Shown here one piece after another: positions 1 through 10,555 of a stretch of 64,000 bases of DNA. How positions within the stretch are numbered: the stretch's first letter is position 1; each line of letters starts with the position of its first letter. Below the pieces are notes generated by a model. It worked only from the letters and a program-made list of their open reading frames with translations. It was not told the origin of the DNA and did no database searches. This stretch comes from Felis catus. Its lineage: Eukaryota. Both the position numbers and the translations under genes were made by a program. Where the stretch lies: NCBI RefSeq assembly GCF_018350175.1, contig NC_058383.1, positions 20,214,001 through 20,278,000 on the forward strand. Reading direction: 5' to 3'.

Positions 1-1289
1 AGGTAATACTCTCATGCCTTTTGGAGGTAGACGTATAATTATTTCATTATGTTTTCCTGTGAAGTGTGAAAACTCTCTTTACCAATCCTCTTAAATTAGT
101 TAAATATAATATTCAGCGAGACAGGAGACAGAGCAATGTTAATTGAAAGTGGAGAGGTGTTTATAGGTTGATATGGTGCAGCCAACTGTGACTCAAATTA
201 ATGTTTGGGGGTTCCTGCACCTGCCTGATACCCTCCAGTTTATTCTGTATTTCCAACAGCAGCTCCCGGCACCCAGAGACTCTTGTTCAATGTGCCACCA
301 TTCCAGCTCGCCTTGGAGAAGATTTCTTTGCATTGGGTCACAGAAGATGCAATTTTAATTACATTCTATTCGGAAGATTTGGCCTGCTGAGGTGTTAAGG
401 ACATCAGGAGAATTTTCAAAAATTCATCTCACGCTGTATAAGTTGTTGACAAGATTGTCACCGAGACTGTCCGCGGTGTTACCTTCAAGTCTGTCAAGGT
501 TGGGTTTTCTCCATCACCTATACCGGACCAGAGTCGGGCCCTTTGGGATCAGAGTAACAGGAAATGGCAGGATATCGAAAGACAAAGACTGGTCCAAGAG
601 TTTCATTTTACCTCTGTTCTTTATGAAGCGTAGTATCACGTTATTCTTTGCACTGTTCCTGCTTGATGGTGGGTTCTTCGGCTACATGGTGATTCCTAAA
701 TTCCATTACTTACTTGTTCAACGGGGCAAATGTCAGTGGTATAACCCCTGTCCCCCAGCTGAGCCTGTCTACTGAGTGTGACCAGCTCACCATACCAGTA
801 GCGTGAGCAGACGTATTTTTGATTCCTTTCTTCACTTACCTCAGGCAGGAATTGTGGTGCCCTGCTGGCATCCAATCACATCCTTCTTTATTTATTTGGA
901 ACACCCAAGGCATGTTTGTAACGATTCTTTTAATGGAACGGTCTGGAAAGTCTGGTTGGAACAACAAAAAATGTAACTGTTAACAGGAAATGGAGAGATG
1001 ATGGAGTTGTCTTCCCTTTGTTAGATATTCAGGCTATATTCTGGAAGAGAAACAGAGAGAGTAGTGTAGCTTGCTTAGGAGCAAGCAAGCTTTTCTTCCC
1101 GTAAAGAAGAAAAGTGTTGCACAGTGGTGTCCTTGGGTCCCAAACCCGCGTGGGATACTGTTCCCCCAAACCCCATGACCACATCTCTTTAGCTTTTCAC
1201 TAGCCATGGTTTTATGTTCATATCAAGACTGGATTTGCCTCTGGGCCTTTCTTGGACAGGTCGATAGTCTCATGGGTCACAGAAGCACT

Positions 1290-2622
1290 GAACTTCAGGA
1301 CCTTTCTTTGGCCAAACACCGATTTTTGAAGACTTTCTGCACCTTAAGGCTCAGGAATCTCCTCTTGCCTTCATTTAATTCCTTGAGAAGTTTGGTTCTT
1401 CAGAAAAAGATGTCTCCCTACAGAAGCCTTCTTTTTTTTTTTTTTTTTGTAATTGAAGTGTAATTGACATACAATGTAATACTAACTTCGGGAGTACAAC
1501 ACGGAGACTCAACAATTCTACACGTTACACAATCCTCACTAGTGTAAGTGTCGCGATCACCTGTCACCATACGAAACCATTACAAAATTATTGACTGCAT
1601 GCCCTATGCTGTGCTTTTCATCGCCATGGCTTATTTATATTTGTAATTGGAAATTTGCAAAAAAGCAAGCAAAAGACCTGAATACACGTGTTCCCAAAGA
1701 AGACATCCAGATGGCCGACAGACACATGAAAAGACGCCCAACATCACTCATCATCAGAGGAATGCAGATCAAAACCACAACAAGGTATCGCCTCACACCA
1801 GTCAGAACGGCTACCCTCAGAAATAGGAAGTGTGGAGGATGTGAAGAAAAGGGAACCTCCATGCACTGTTGGTGGGAATGTAAGTCGGTGCAGCCATGGC
1901 AGAAAACAGTATGGAAGTTCCTCCAAAAATTAAAAATAGGCCTAACCCATGATCCAGCATTTCCACTGCTGAGTACCCAAAGGAGGTGAAAACTCTAACC
2001 CAAAAGGTACAGGTCCCCCTCTGTTTATTGCCGCACTGTTTACAACGGCCAAGATAGGGAAGCGACCGAAGCGTTGCTTAGGTTGAGTGGGAGAAGATGA
2101 TGTGGCTGAATATTACCCAGCTGTAGAAAAGAATGAAATCTTGTCATTTGCGGCAGCATGGAGGCATCTAGAGGGCACTACACTGAGTGAACACGGCAGA
2201 GAAAGACAAGTTCCATATGAGATCGCTTAGGTGTGGAATTTAAAACACAGAACAGGCGAACGAGCTAACAAATCAAAACACGCTCAAATTGGAGAACAAA
2301 CTGGTGGTTGCAAGGGGTGTGGAGGGATGGGCAAAACAGGGGAAGGGGGTGAAGACGTACAAATTTCCAGGAGCCTTCTCTAGTCACCCAACCTCGAGTG
2401 GCCCCCACACTGCCACTTTGGATCACATTGCCCTATTTTATTTTATTAATGTTGCAACCGTGCATACTTTTGGTTTTTATTAATTCATTTATTCGCATGA
2501 CTTGGCTTCACTGGAATATGAATTCGATGCGGTCAGGGTCTGTTACATCTCATTCCATGCTGTGTCCTTAATACTCGAAAGTGTGTTGGCACACAACAGG
2601 TGTTCAATAAAACTTTATTGAA
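1290..2622 (+). mobile_element. LINE-2 3' fragment, split by an L1 insertion
   Basis: Typical L2 3' end at 2500-2622 (ctggaatatgaattcgatgcggtcagggtctg...ttggcacacaacaggtgttcaataaa). L2-like gatgtctccctacagaagccttc...tctagtcaccc continues across the L1. Confidence 0.75.
1432..2367 (-). mobile_element. 5'-truncated, 5'-inverted L1 (L1MA9/L1_Carn-like)
   Basis: Poly-T 1432-1448 plus minus-strand 3' UTR to ~1657, then plus-strand ORF2 C-terminus (KEDIQMADRHMKR...HCWWECK, ORF 1591-1989) and 3' UTR. Flanked by cagaagccttct (1421-1432) / caggagccttct (2368-2379). Confidence 0.9.
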
Positions 2623-3099
2623 ATAAAGGGTTGGTGGCTGAATGGTCTTGGGTTCCTCCCATATGGACCATTTCTATACTATCTCCTGTGCAAATAGAGA
2701 TACATTTGCCTTTGTAGATGCCAAGAATCTCTGTTTCCTTCAACGTCCCATGGCCTACCACTCTTCTTCGCTTGGACTGTACCTTCCTGGAAGACCTAAT
2801 TTTGTCAATGTTACATATTAGAATGTGCACCCGGAAGCAGTACACGTATTTCAAGACTGGAGAGTTGACTGAGGGATCCTGACAGGGGAAGGACAGAAGA
2901 CAGATTTCTTTTGAAGGGGTCTACAGCAGGCTCTGGAAAGGTGACCCAAAGAAGGTCTAGGTTGGGTTGTCATGGTGGCCACCAATGGGCTGAAGGGACC
3001 TTGCTGTTCACAATTAGCTTAAAAACAAATTTCCCATTTATAGAGATAAAAGCATGGAGATTCTGCCTTATCCAGAAGCCAGTCCCAAAGCCTTATTAA

Positions 3100-4700
3100 A
3101 ACTTCTCCCTCATTCCCCAAACTAATTTCTCTTTATTCCAGAGTCTTCAGTGGTGGAACGTAGCCAACTCTCCTTTGGAAAACCCACTTCACGTGAGCAA
3201 ATGCATCAGACTATGTTGCCCTTGGAGAAAGGAGGAGGTCACGTAACTTTTTCTCTGTTGATTTCTCTCTCCATCCTAGAGTGCCCCATGACCTGGTAGG
3301 GGAGCGAGACTCCCCTCACTGACCTGGGGCTTCCCACGTGCTGCTCTGTGGGTCAGGGGTGCTCCAGTTCTCAGCAGAGCAGCCATTTGCAAAGGTCGGT
3401 TCCCCGTTTTGGCCAACCCTTGCCCAATTTCACCCTGGAGTTCTTTCAAAACACTTGGGCGGGTGCCATCCTGGTCTGCTATTTATCTCTATCTAGTTTG
3501 TGCATTTCTTCGGATTAGATCTAGTGCCTCAGGCCCATGTGCCGCGAGAGATGATGCGGCGGGCAATGCCTCTAACACCTTCCTCGTTCCTCCCGTACAA
3601 CGTCAAGTGTTCTCAAGGTCCCCAGGGGAGAAAGTTTGCAACAACAGTTTTCAGAATTCCCCTGCATCAGCTTCTTGTCCTCGTGCATTCAGAGAATGCC
3701 CTGGGATCTGTGAAAAGCTTCTTCACGTTATCTTTTGGGGGCACATAATGCCGGGCAGGGTCTTGGCTGTTGCCCAGGTATGAAGGAAGATGCCCTTTCC
3801 TCTCCAATACCTCGTCTCTGGCTCTTTGGATACCCTGGTGGCGCTGGGAGGTTCCAAAATCCTTTTAAAATCATCTCCAACCTTCAAGATTTTAGACCCT
3901 TTCCCCCAACGTATGGCTCCTAAGTCCTGTCTCTTTGACCTGGATGGGATAAATGCGGAGTGTTTAACAACACCAGGGCAGAGGGGTAACTTCAGTCACA
4001 AATAAACATGGACGACGGGAATTTGAGATTAGAGACAATGGGATAAGTTAGGGGGACAGTAAATCCCTATCCTTTTCAATTTCACCATCGCTTGGGGTAA
4101 ACGTCATGGCCATTTCCATGGTCGAAGGGGTGTGAGGACGCTACCTTTAGCATTCCATAAGCCGCGCACTTCTGCATGTGTGAGCGCCAAGCATTTTGAA
4201 CGTGCCCTGAAGTTCCCACGCGTGATGTAAGTGGGCCTCTGCAACCCATGCCCGGCCTTCACTTCCGGTTTTATTCTCGTTTCACCCTTCCTGGGAAGCA
4301 GCTACCCTCAACTTCCCTGAACACGAGACGTCCACGTAGGTCTCCCTGTGCACACGGGGCCCTTCCTCCAGCCCAGGTCTCGCGGACTCCTCTGTAAGGG
4401 CCCAGCCCGGTGGAGACAGCCCAGGGCCCTTCCCCTGGGTATCCTCAGTTCTTACAAGTCCATCCCATATGGTACTCGAGTGCATTGGATTTTAACGGCT
4501 TATTTACACGGGCTGTTACTCCACGGGGGGGGATGGCCCTAGAGGTTTTGATGTGGGACAGAGAGGAGCCATTTCCCTTACGGGCTGGCAGGCCCTGATC
4601 TCTTGTTTCCTGTGTTCCCCAGCTTTGCCCCCTGCAGTCCCCATGACATTCGCCTACAGACACACGCTGCCCAGTTCCAGAGCCAGGCAAAGGGTCCCGT
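3100..4700 (-). pseudogene. Decayed class III (ERV-L-like) gag remnant
   Basis: Minus strand W-E-L-Q-G-(frameshift)-R-S-K-C-L-A-L-T-H-A-E-V-R-G-L-W (4218-4155) fits the remembered W-x9-[IL]-x-L-[ST]-x2-E-x2-G-x-W capsid motif of class III Gag. HSLMHLLT*SGFSKGEL (~3215-3165) resembles the ERV-L Gag C-terminal LW..L..HG....E motif. Multiple stops. Confidence 0.45.
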
Positions 4701-5104
4701 CCGGAGACAGGCCGTCAGATGGCGTCTTGCTACGGCAGAGCTGCCTCCATGAGAGCCCAGGGCTTCGGTGTCCCCAGGGTCACAGCCGCTGTCTACCGCT
4801 GTGCCCCAGTTGGCTCCTGGCTCCCCATCATGTCTGCCACCCCGACACCTGCCTGGAAGGAGCCACCCTCCTTGCGACTTCAGCTCTGCCCCCGGGCCTA
4901 TTCCGAAACCAGGATCTGGAGTCCTCCCGAGAATGAATAGATCACCCCAAACCGCATCCCTTCTGCCTTCCCGATTTTAGGACTCCCCTCAGGCCTGCCC
5001 CCACCGCTGCCTCCTGGTGGCCTCAGATGCCCATCACCTCTGAGCCAAGCAGCCTAGTTGACCCAGACTATTGGGGGGAGCCCGAGGGAGCCAAGGGAAG
5101 GATA

Positions 5105-5300
5105 TTGCACGGGTGGATGTGGGAGTCAGGAAGGTCCGGGTTCAAGGCCTTAGGGGTAGTTACCAGGTCTGTGGCCTTGGGAAAGCTCTCTGAGCCTCAC
5201 GTGGAGAACGAGGACAACATCTGTGCCATCACATGGGTCTGGGGTCACGATCAAATGATGCGAAATACTTACTACAGTGTCCAGCGCTGAGCAAGAAGTC
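5105..5300 (+). mobile_element. MIR SINE
   Basis: ggagtcaggaaggtccgggttcaagg...tgtggccttgggaaagctctctgagcctca MIR core pattern. Confidence 0.7.
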
Positions 5301-5329
5301 AAAATGAGGAGGTGCTGGTGAAGATGAGG

Positions 5330-5880
5330 AGGAGGAGGGCGAGGGGAAGGTGACGTCAGTGCTGGCCCGTCTCCTTTGGCCATTACTCCCGCCGGCGGGA
5401 GCTTCTCAGCCTTGTCCATCTGCCCGTGTTCTTCTATCTTTTCTGATGCTCGTCCTCTCCTCCTTGGACCCTTATTCCTCACTCCGAGTGTGGCTTTGTG
5501 ACCCTGCCGGCCGCAGGTGCATCAGAGTCCGCCCCGCCCCCCCATGAGGCACGCAGGCCCACCGGGGCTCACGTCATGGGCACTCCGCGCGTGGCGCTGC
5601 TTCATCCGGGCACCACACCGTCCTGGTGTATCCGAGGCTGCTTCTCGGGCGTCGCAATGGGGAACATTCAAGGTCAGAACGAACAAACACAGCATCAATT
5701 TTACCTTGGGAGTTGGCTGCTTTCCAGGGCGGCTGATTGTCTGTCCTCCGCGCCCTGGCCCAGCTCGCGGGGTGCTTCGGGGGAAGGCCGTTCCCGGGAC
5801 CTTTTCAGAGGAACACAACACGAAAGCAAACACACCCCGGGAGGGTTGGTGTGCCTGTGGGGGGGGGGGGGGAGGGGGCG
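5330..5880. promoter_or_regulatory. CpG-rich promoter-like block
   Basis: Full CRE TGACGTCA 5351-5358, tandem GC boxes 5529-5540, CRE-like TCACGTCA 5569-5576, CCGCGCGTGGCGC 5585-5597, high CpG density, G-run 5859-5878. Confidence 0.6.
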
Positions 5881-5884
5881 CGTC

Positions 5885-6210
5885 TTGTATCTTTCTGTCT
5901 CTCTTGTCTCTTGCCGTCTGCCTCCTTCTCTATTTTTCCTTTGGCTTCTCCCCTCCCTCGTCTCCTCCAGTTTTCTAACAGGGTCTGTCTGGGTCTCCAT
6001 TTTCCCCTCTGTCTTATCCCTGTTTCTTTCTCTTTCCGTCCCCCGCGTGTTGGTCTCCCCGCTCTTCCTCTCCTCTTTGTTCCCTTTTGCCACTCCTCTC
6101 CTGTCCTTCCTTTTCCATTCTTCACCTCTCTCCTCCCTTCTTTGTCCATTTCTGTTCCCGTCTTCAGGCCTTCTCATCGTCCCCCCCTTTCTGTCATGGT
6201 CTGTCTCCAT
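5885..6210. repeat. CT-rich low-complexity tract
   Basis: About 320 bp dominated by C/T on the plus strand; explains the L/S/F-rich and R/E/G-rich ORFs here. Confidence 0.85.
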
Positions 6211-6732
6211 AGCATGCTAGTGGTTTCCCATTAGACAATTCTGATCAGGTCTGTTTCTCCCTCACAATGCCGGGAGCCCCAGGATTTCCTCTGACCAGGG
6301 CCGGGGGCATCCCTTGGGCTGGGCTGAGGTGGTCCCGTGGATTGGGGAGGCAGGCTTGGCCTTGGTGGGAGGCACAGGCAAGACCTCCAGGGGACTGGTT
6401 GCGTCTGGGGGCTTAAGACACAGTGGACCTGAGTGTGAATCCTGCTTCCTGCTGGTACTACCATATGCAAAGAGCAAGGCGTATGAGCGTGTGTTCCCTA
6501 ATAATAGTCCCTACCCTAGGGCATTTCCAAAATGAGAATGCCATGGAAGAACCCACAAAAAGCTCCTGACAGCTGGTAGATGCTTGATAAATATTTGTTG
6601 GATGAATGAATGAACGAATGAATGACTTCGTGTGGCCCCTGGCTCATGGGAAGTGCCCTCGGGGTCAGTAGCATCAGCTAAGGGAGATCAATCCGAGGCA
6701 CTTTGTTGCCGGACTGAGCAAAGGTAGAAATG

Positions 6733-6958
6733 GGGTAGCCTGGGTGGCTCAGTCGGTTAAGCGTCCGACTTCGGCTCAGCTCACGATCTCGCGGTCCGTG
6801 AGTTCGAGCCCCGCGTCGGGCTCTGTGCTGACAGCTCGGAGTCTGGAGCCTGCTTCGAATTCTGTGTCTCCCTCTCCCTCTGCCCCTCCCCCGCTCACAG
6901 TCTGTCTCTGTCTCTCAAAAAAATAAATAAATATTTAAAAATTAAAAAAAGAAAAGAA
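6733..6958 (+). mobile_element. Can-SINE (SINEC_Fc type)
   Basis: tRNA-derived head, CT region, A-tail; TSD agaaatggggtag at 6726-6738 and 6959-6971. Confidence 0.95.
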
Positions 6959-7507
6959 AGAAATGGGGTAGGGGCACGGATGCAGACCCCTGGCTGCTTG
7001 GGGACCATGTCGGCTGGGGGCAGGCAACTTCACGTTTCTGCTTCTGTGACCTTGACCTCACGCCAGCCTGCTTACCGTCTGTGCCCACCAGGAGCGAGGC
7101 TGACACAGGAGAGCAGGAAGGGCAGGAATGCTTCCTGAGACGCGGTGGCGCTCCTCTTACGACACCCCGAAAGTCGACCTGCTTTCTGGAATTGAAACGA
7201 ACCTTGTCTCCAAGCAAGAGGCAGGTCCCTATGGGCTTGGAGATCAGTGGAACCTTGAAATGAGTCAGCTCCCCTCTGGCACCTTAATGTGCTCATCTGT
7301 AAAGAGGGATCATTTGTTCCTTGTCGCCTTCTAAGGGTTCTTATCGAAACGGCGATGTGTTATAGTGTAATATTTGTCCAGGGCGCACGGACCCTGATAT
7401 TGCTTGTTTTTTTTTTAACTCTACGTTTTGGGTTTCATGGGATGGGAGCCATCTTTATTTGTAGAGGAAGAGGGTGGTCGACATAGTCAGACCCTTACCA
7501 GAAGAGG

Positions 7508-7743
7508 TTTTTTTTTTTTTTTATTTAAAAAAAATTTTTTTTCAACGTTTATTTATTTTTGGGACAGAGAGAGACAGAGCATGAACGGGGGAGGGGCAGA
7601 GAGAGAGGGAGACAGAATCGGAAACAGGCTCCAGGCTCCGAGCCATCAGCCCAGAGCCTGACGCGGGGCTCGAACTCCCGGACCGCGAGATCGTGACCTG
7701 GCTGAAGTCGGACGCTTAACCGACTGCGCCACCCAGGCGCCCC
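7508..7743 (-). mobile_element. Young Can-SINE (SINEC_Fc)
   Basis: Full length, CpGs intact; TSD agaagaggtttt on both sides. Confidence 0.95.
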
Positions 7744-7799
7744 AGAAGAGGTTTTTTTTTAAAGACATTCACTGCCAAGGGTTCCCGTCAAAATGAAAA

Positions 7800-8140
7800 C
7801 ATTAAAAAATTTTACAATTTTTAAATATTTATGATATTTATATAAATACACATTTATAATATTTATATTGATAATAATATAAGCAATATATTAATAATAT
7901 TAATAAACATATTTTATTAAAGTACCTAAATTTATTAACTCACATATAAGCGCATATATTTATTATATTAATATAATCGTATGCGATATATGAATACACT
8001 ATATTAACAATCATATAATATATTGAGGATGTAATATAAATGTTACATGATGTATTAAATATTTTATATTTATAGATTTGTAAATATTATACACTTAAAT
8101 GTTTTATGCATCTCTGTATATTATGTAATAATTTTGGTCT
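7800..8140. repeat. AT-rich low-complexity block
   Basis: Degenerate (TA)n/ATT-rich sequence within GC-rich surroundings. Confidence 0.85.
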
Positions 8141-8730
8141 GCTTACATAATTTGGGGGCTAAAATCTTCTTTAAGAGACGAACTCTGTCTCTCCAAAGGC
8201 CACTTTCCTCCTGAAAATGGACGACGCTCTCTAAGGACGCCAGCCTGTCCTGGCATCAGCCCTCCATGAGAGAAAGAGGCGCAAAGAGAGAAATCAATTT
8301 CCCGTCCAGGTCAGATACCAGACAGGCTTGTGTCCCAGCTGCATCCTGGAGCTGCCTGCAAGGATTTTAGGATTAAAGTCGCTTTGCAGCCCTGCCCCTT
8401 TCCTTGACCTGATTAGGAGAAATCAAGGGGATTTAGGTTCCCTAGTTTGAGCACATATCGCTGTCCCCTGTCCTCTTTGGGACCCAGCGCGGCCTCTCAG
8501 GTAACAGGAGACTGAAGGTGACCACTCACGCATGGCTGTTGATGGCCGATTGTGGGGCATCTCGTGCTCAGGCCTCTTATCTCTCCTCCCTTCCTTCATG
8601 GGTTCCCAGCCCCTGATGCTTTTACAAAACACTCACTCCAGGCCCCCACCACTGGACTCACAGTCTCTGCGGGTTTAGAAATTCTCCCCAGATGAGAGTA
8701 CTATAACCCAGGCTGAGCACCACTGCTTTA

Positions 8731-8957
8731 TTATTTTTTTTCAATGTTTTTTTAATCTTAGAGAGAGAGAGAGAGAAAGAGAGAGATGGCACGAGCACAA
8801 GCAGGGGAGGGGCAGAGAGAGAGGGAGGGAGGCAGAGGATCCCTAGCAGGCTCTGCTCTGACAACAGAGAGCCCACGCAGGGCTCGAACTCCCGAACCAT
8901 GAGATCGTGACCCGAGCAGAGGTCGGACCTTTAACCGACTGAGCCACCCAGGTGCCC
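8731..8957 (-). mobile_element. Can-SINE (older subfamily)
   Basis: Poly-T, (GA)n, ends gactgagccacccaggtgccc. Confidence 0.9.
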
Positions 8958-9340
8958 TGCGGGTGCACCTACTCTAAGGTTACCTTGAATCTGCAAGCGT
9001 ATCTATTTTTGGGAGGGGCAAAAAAGCGAGGCAGAGAATTCACAAATCTGGATGTTTTGTTACTAGAAACAATTTGCTAGCTGTAACAATCCAAGCTGAT
9101 CTGTCCCGGGCATTCAGCTCGTGGCAGGCACCGTGAGGAACGCTTTGTTCATCGTGAGCGCTCATCGCGTCCCCCAACGGCCCCAGGAAGGGGTGCTCCT
9201 GCCCTCCATGTGTGCGGAGGAGTCAGCTGCGGTTCAGAGAGATCCGAGTCTCGCAGACGAACAGGGCCTAACGCTAAATGCCAGACTGTGTCACGTCACA
9301 CATCAGGATGGGCAGCACCAATGTGTTATGACACTGCACC

Positions 9341-10010
9341 CGTATTCGTCAGGGCTCTTCAGAGAAAATGAACCAATAGGAGGTAGATAGAAGGATAGAT
9401 AGATGATAGGTAGACAGATAGACATATATATATATAATCTACATGATATATAGACAGATAATCCATATATACATATAATCTTTACATAGATATACAGCTA
9501 TAGTTACAGATATATTTTTAGACATAAAAACATATCCCTATCGATCTATCTTTCTCTCTAGAAAGAGATTTATCATAAGATATCGGCTCACACAATTACG
9601 GAGGCTGAGAAAACCCCGCATTCTGCCACCTGCCGCCTAAAGTCCCAGCAATGCTGGTGGTGCAACGTTCAAAGGCCTGCGGGCCAGGGGAGCCCGTGGG
9701 GCAGACTCGGGCCTGAGTGTGAGGTCCGAGAACTGGGAGAGCCAAGGGCAGGAGGAGATTGATGTTCCAGCTCATGCGATCAGGCAGAGAGCAGACTCAG
9801 CCTTCCTCTGCCTTTTCGTGATACCCAGACCCTCAGCGGATTGGACGATGCCCACCCACCCAGGGGAGGCCCATCTGCTTTACTCGATCCACCAATCAAA
9901 TGCCAAGCTCTCCCAGAAAGAGCCTCACAGATGTACTCAGAAACAGTGTCTATGTAGCCATCTGGGCATCCCGTGGCCCCGTCAGGTTGACACTTAAATT
10001 CACCATCACG
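9341..10010 (-). mobile_element. MLT2 (ERV-L) solo LTR with internal (GATA/TA)n expansion
   Basis: Termini match MLT2 (gtattcgtcagggctcttcagagaaa ... caggttgacacttaaattcaccatcac). Confidence 0.85.
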
Positions 10011-10327
10011 GCTTCTGGGGCGGGGGCTCCTCCAACGCCCAGGGGCACGGGAGTCCTCTGTTTAAAGGCAGGCTCGGAGTCAGGAGGTCTGGGTGGAGTC
10101 TGAAAGCTCCCAGGTAACCAGCTCTAACCAGCTCCCGGGTGATGCCACTGGTCTCCCCGCTGGTCTCCCCACTTTGGGAGACCAGGTTGGGGAACCAGTC
10201 TCAGACCACAAGGAGAGGAGGGCCCTGATGATGAGTCTGGGGCCCTGAGAATGGTCTCGGCCGAGGTAGGCGTCATCCTGAAACGCTGAGCCGGCCCGGG
10301 CCGTCATGCTTAAAGAATTGCAGCGGA

Positions 10328-10555
10328 GGGGCGCCTGGGTGGCTCAGTCGGTTGAGCGGCCGACTTCGGCTCAGGTCATGATCTCGCGGTCCGTGAGTTC
10401 GAGCCCCGCGTCGGGCCCTGTGCTGACAGCTCAGAGCCTGGAGCCTGTTTCAGATTCTGTGTCTCCCTCTCTCTGACCCTCCCCCGTTCATGCTCTGTCT
10501 CTCTCTGTCTCAAAAATAAATAAACGTTAAAAAAAAAATTAAAAAAAAAAAAAAA
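10328..10555 (+). mobile_element. Can-SINE (SINEC_Fc)
   Basis: Full length with A-tail; aaagaattgc repeated on both flanks. Confidence 0.95.

Larger units (their letters stand above)
1..2878 (-). pseudogene. Decayed retroviral env-like sequence (class III / Ovex1-ORF3-like), interrupted by an L2+L1 insertion at ~1290-2620
   Basis: Manual minus-strand translation across stops/frameshifts gives, in env order: IDLSKKGPEANPVL (1265-1224); WLVKS*RDVVMGFGG (1206-1162; furin-site/fusion-peptide-like); Cys-rich segments (~900-560); GELEWWHIEQ (312-283); hydrophobic PLHFQLTLLCLLSR*ILYL (~158-100). Compared from memory with avian class III env, not by search. Confidence 0.5.

Noticed and set aside
392..775. 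127-aa plus-strand ORF with a hydrophobic stretch
   Set aside because: No ATG start and no recognisable family; more simply the antisense shadow of the env-like frame.
1591..1989. ORF with real protein similarity
   Set aside because: It is the L1 ORF2 C-terminus in a truncated, inverted insertion, not a host gene.
5498..6220. Longest ORF (240 aa) and overlapping ORFs
   Set aside because: Open because of the GC-rich block and CT-rich tract; low-complexity product, no recognisable domain.
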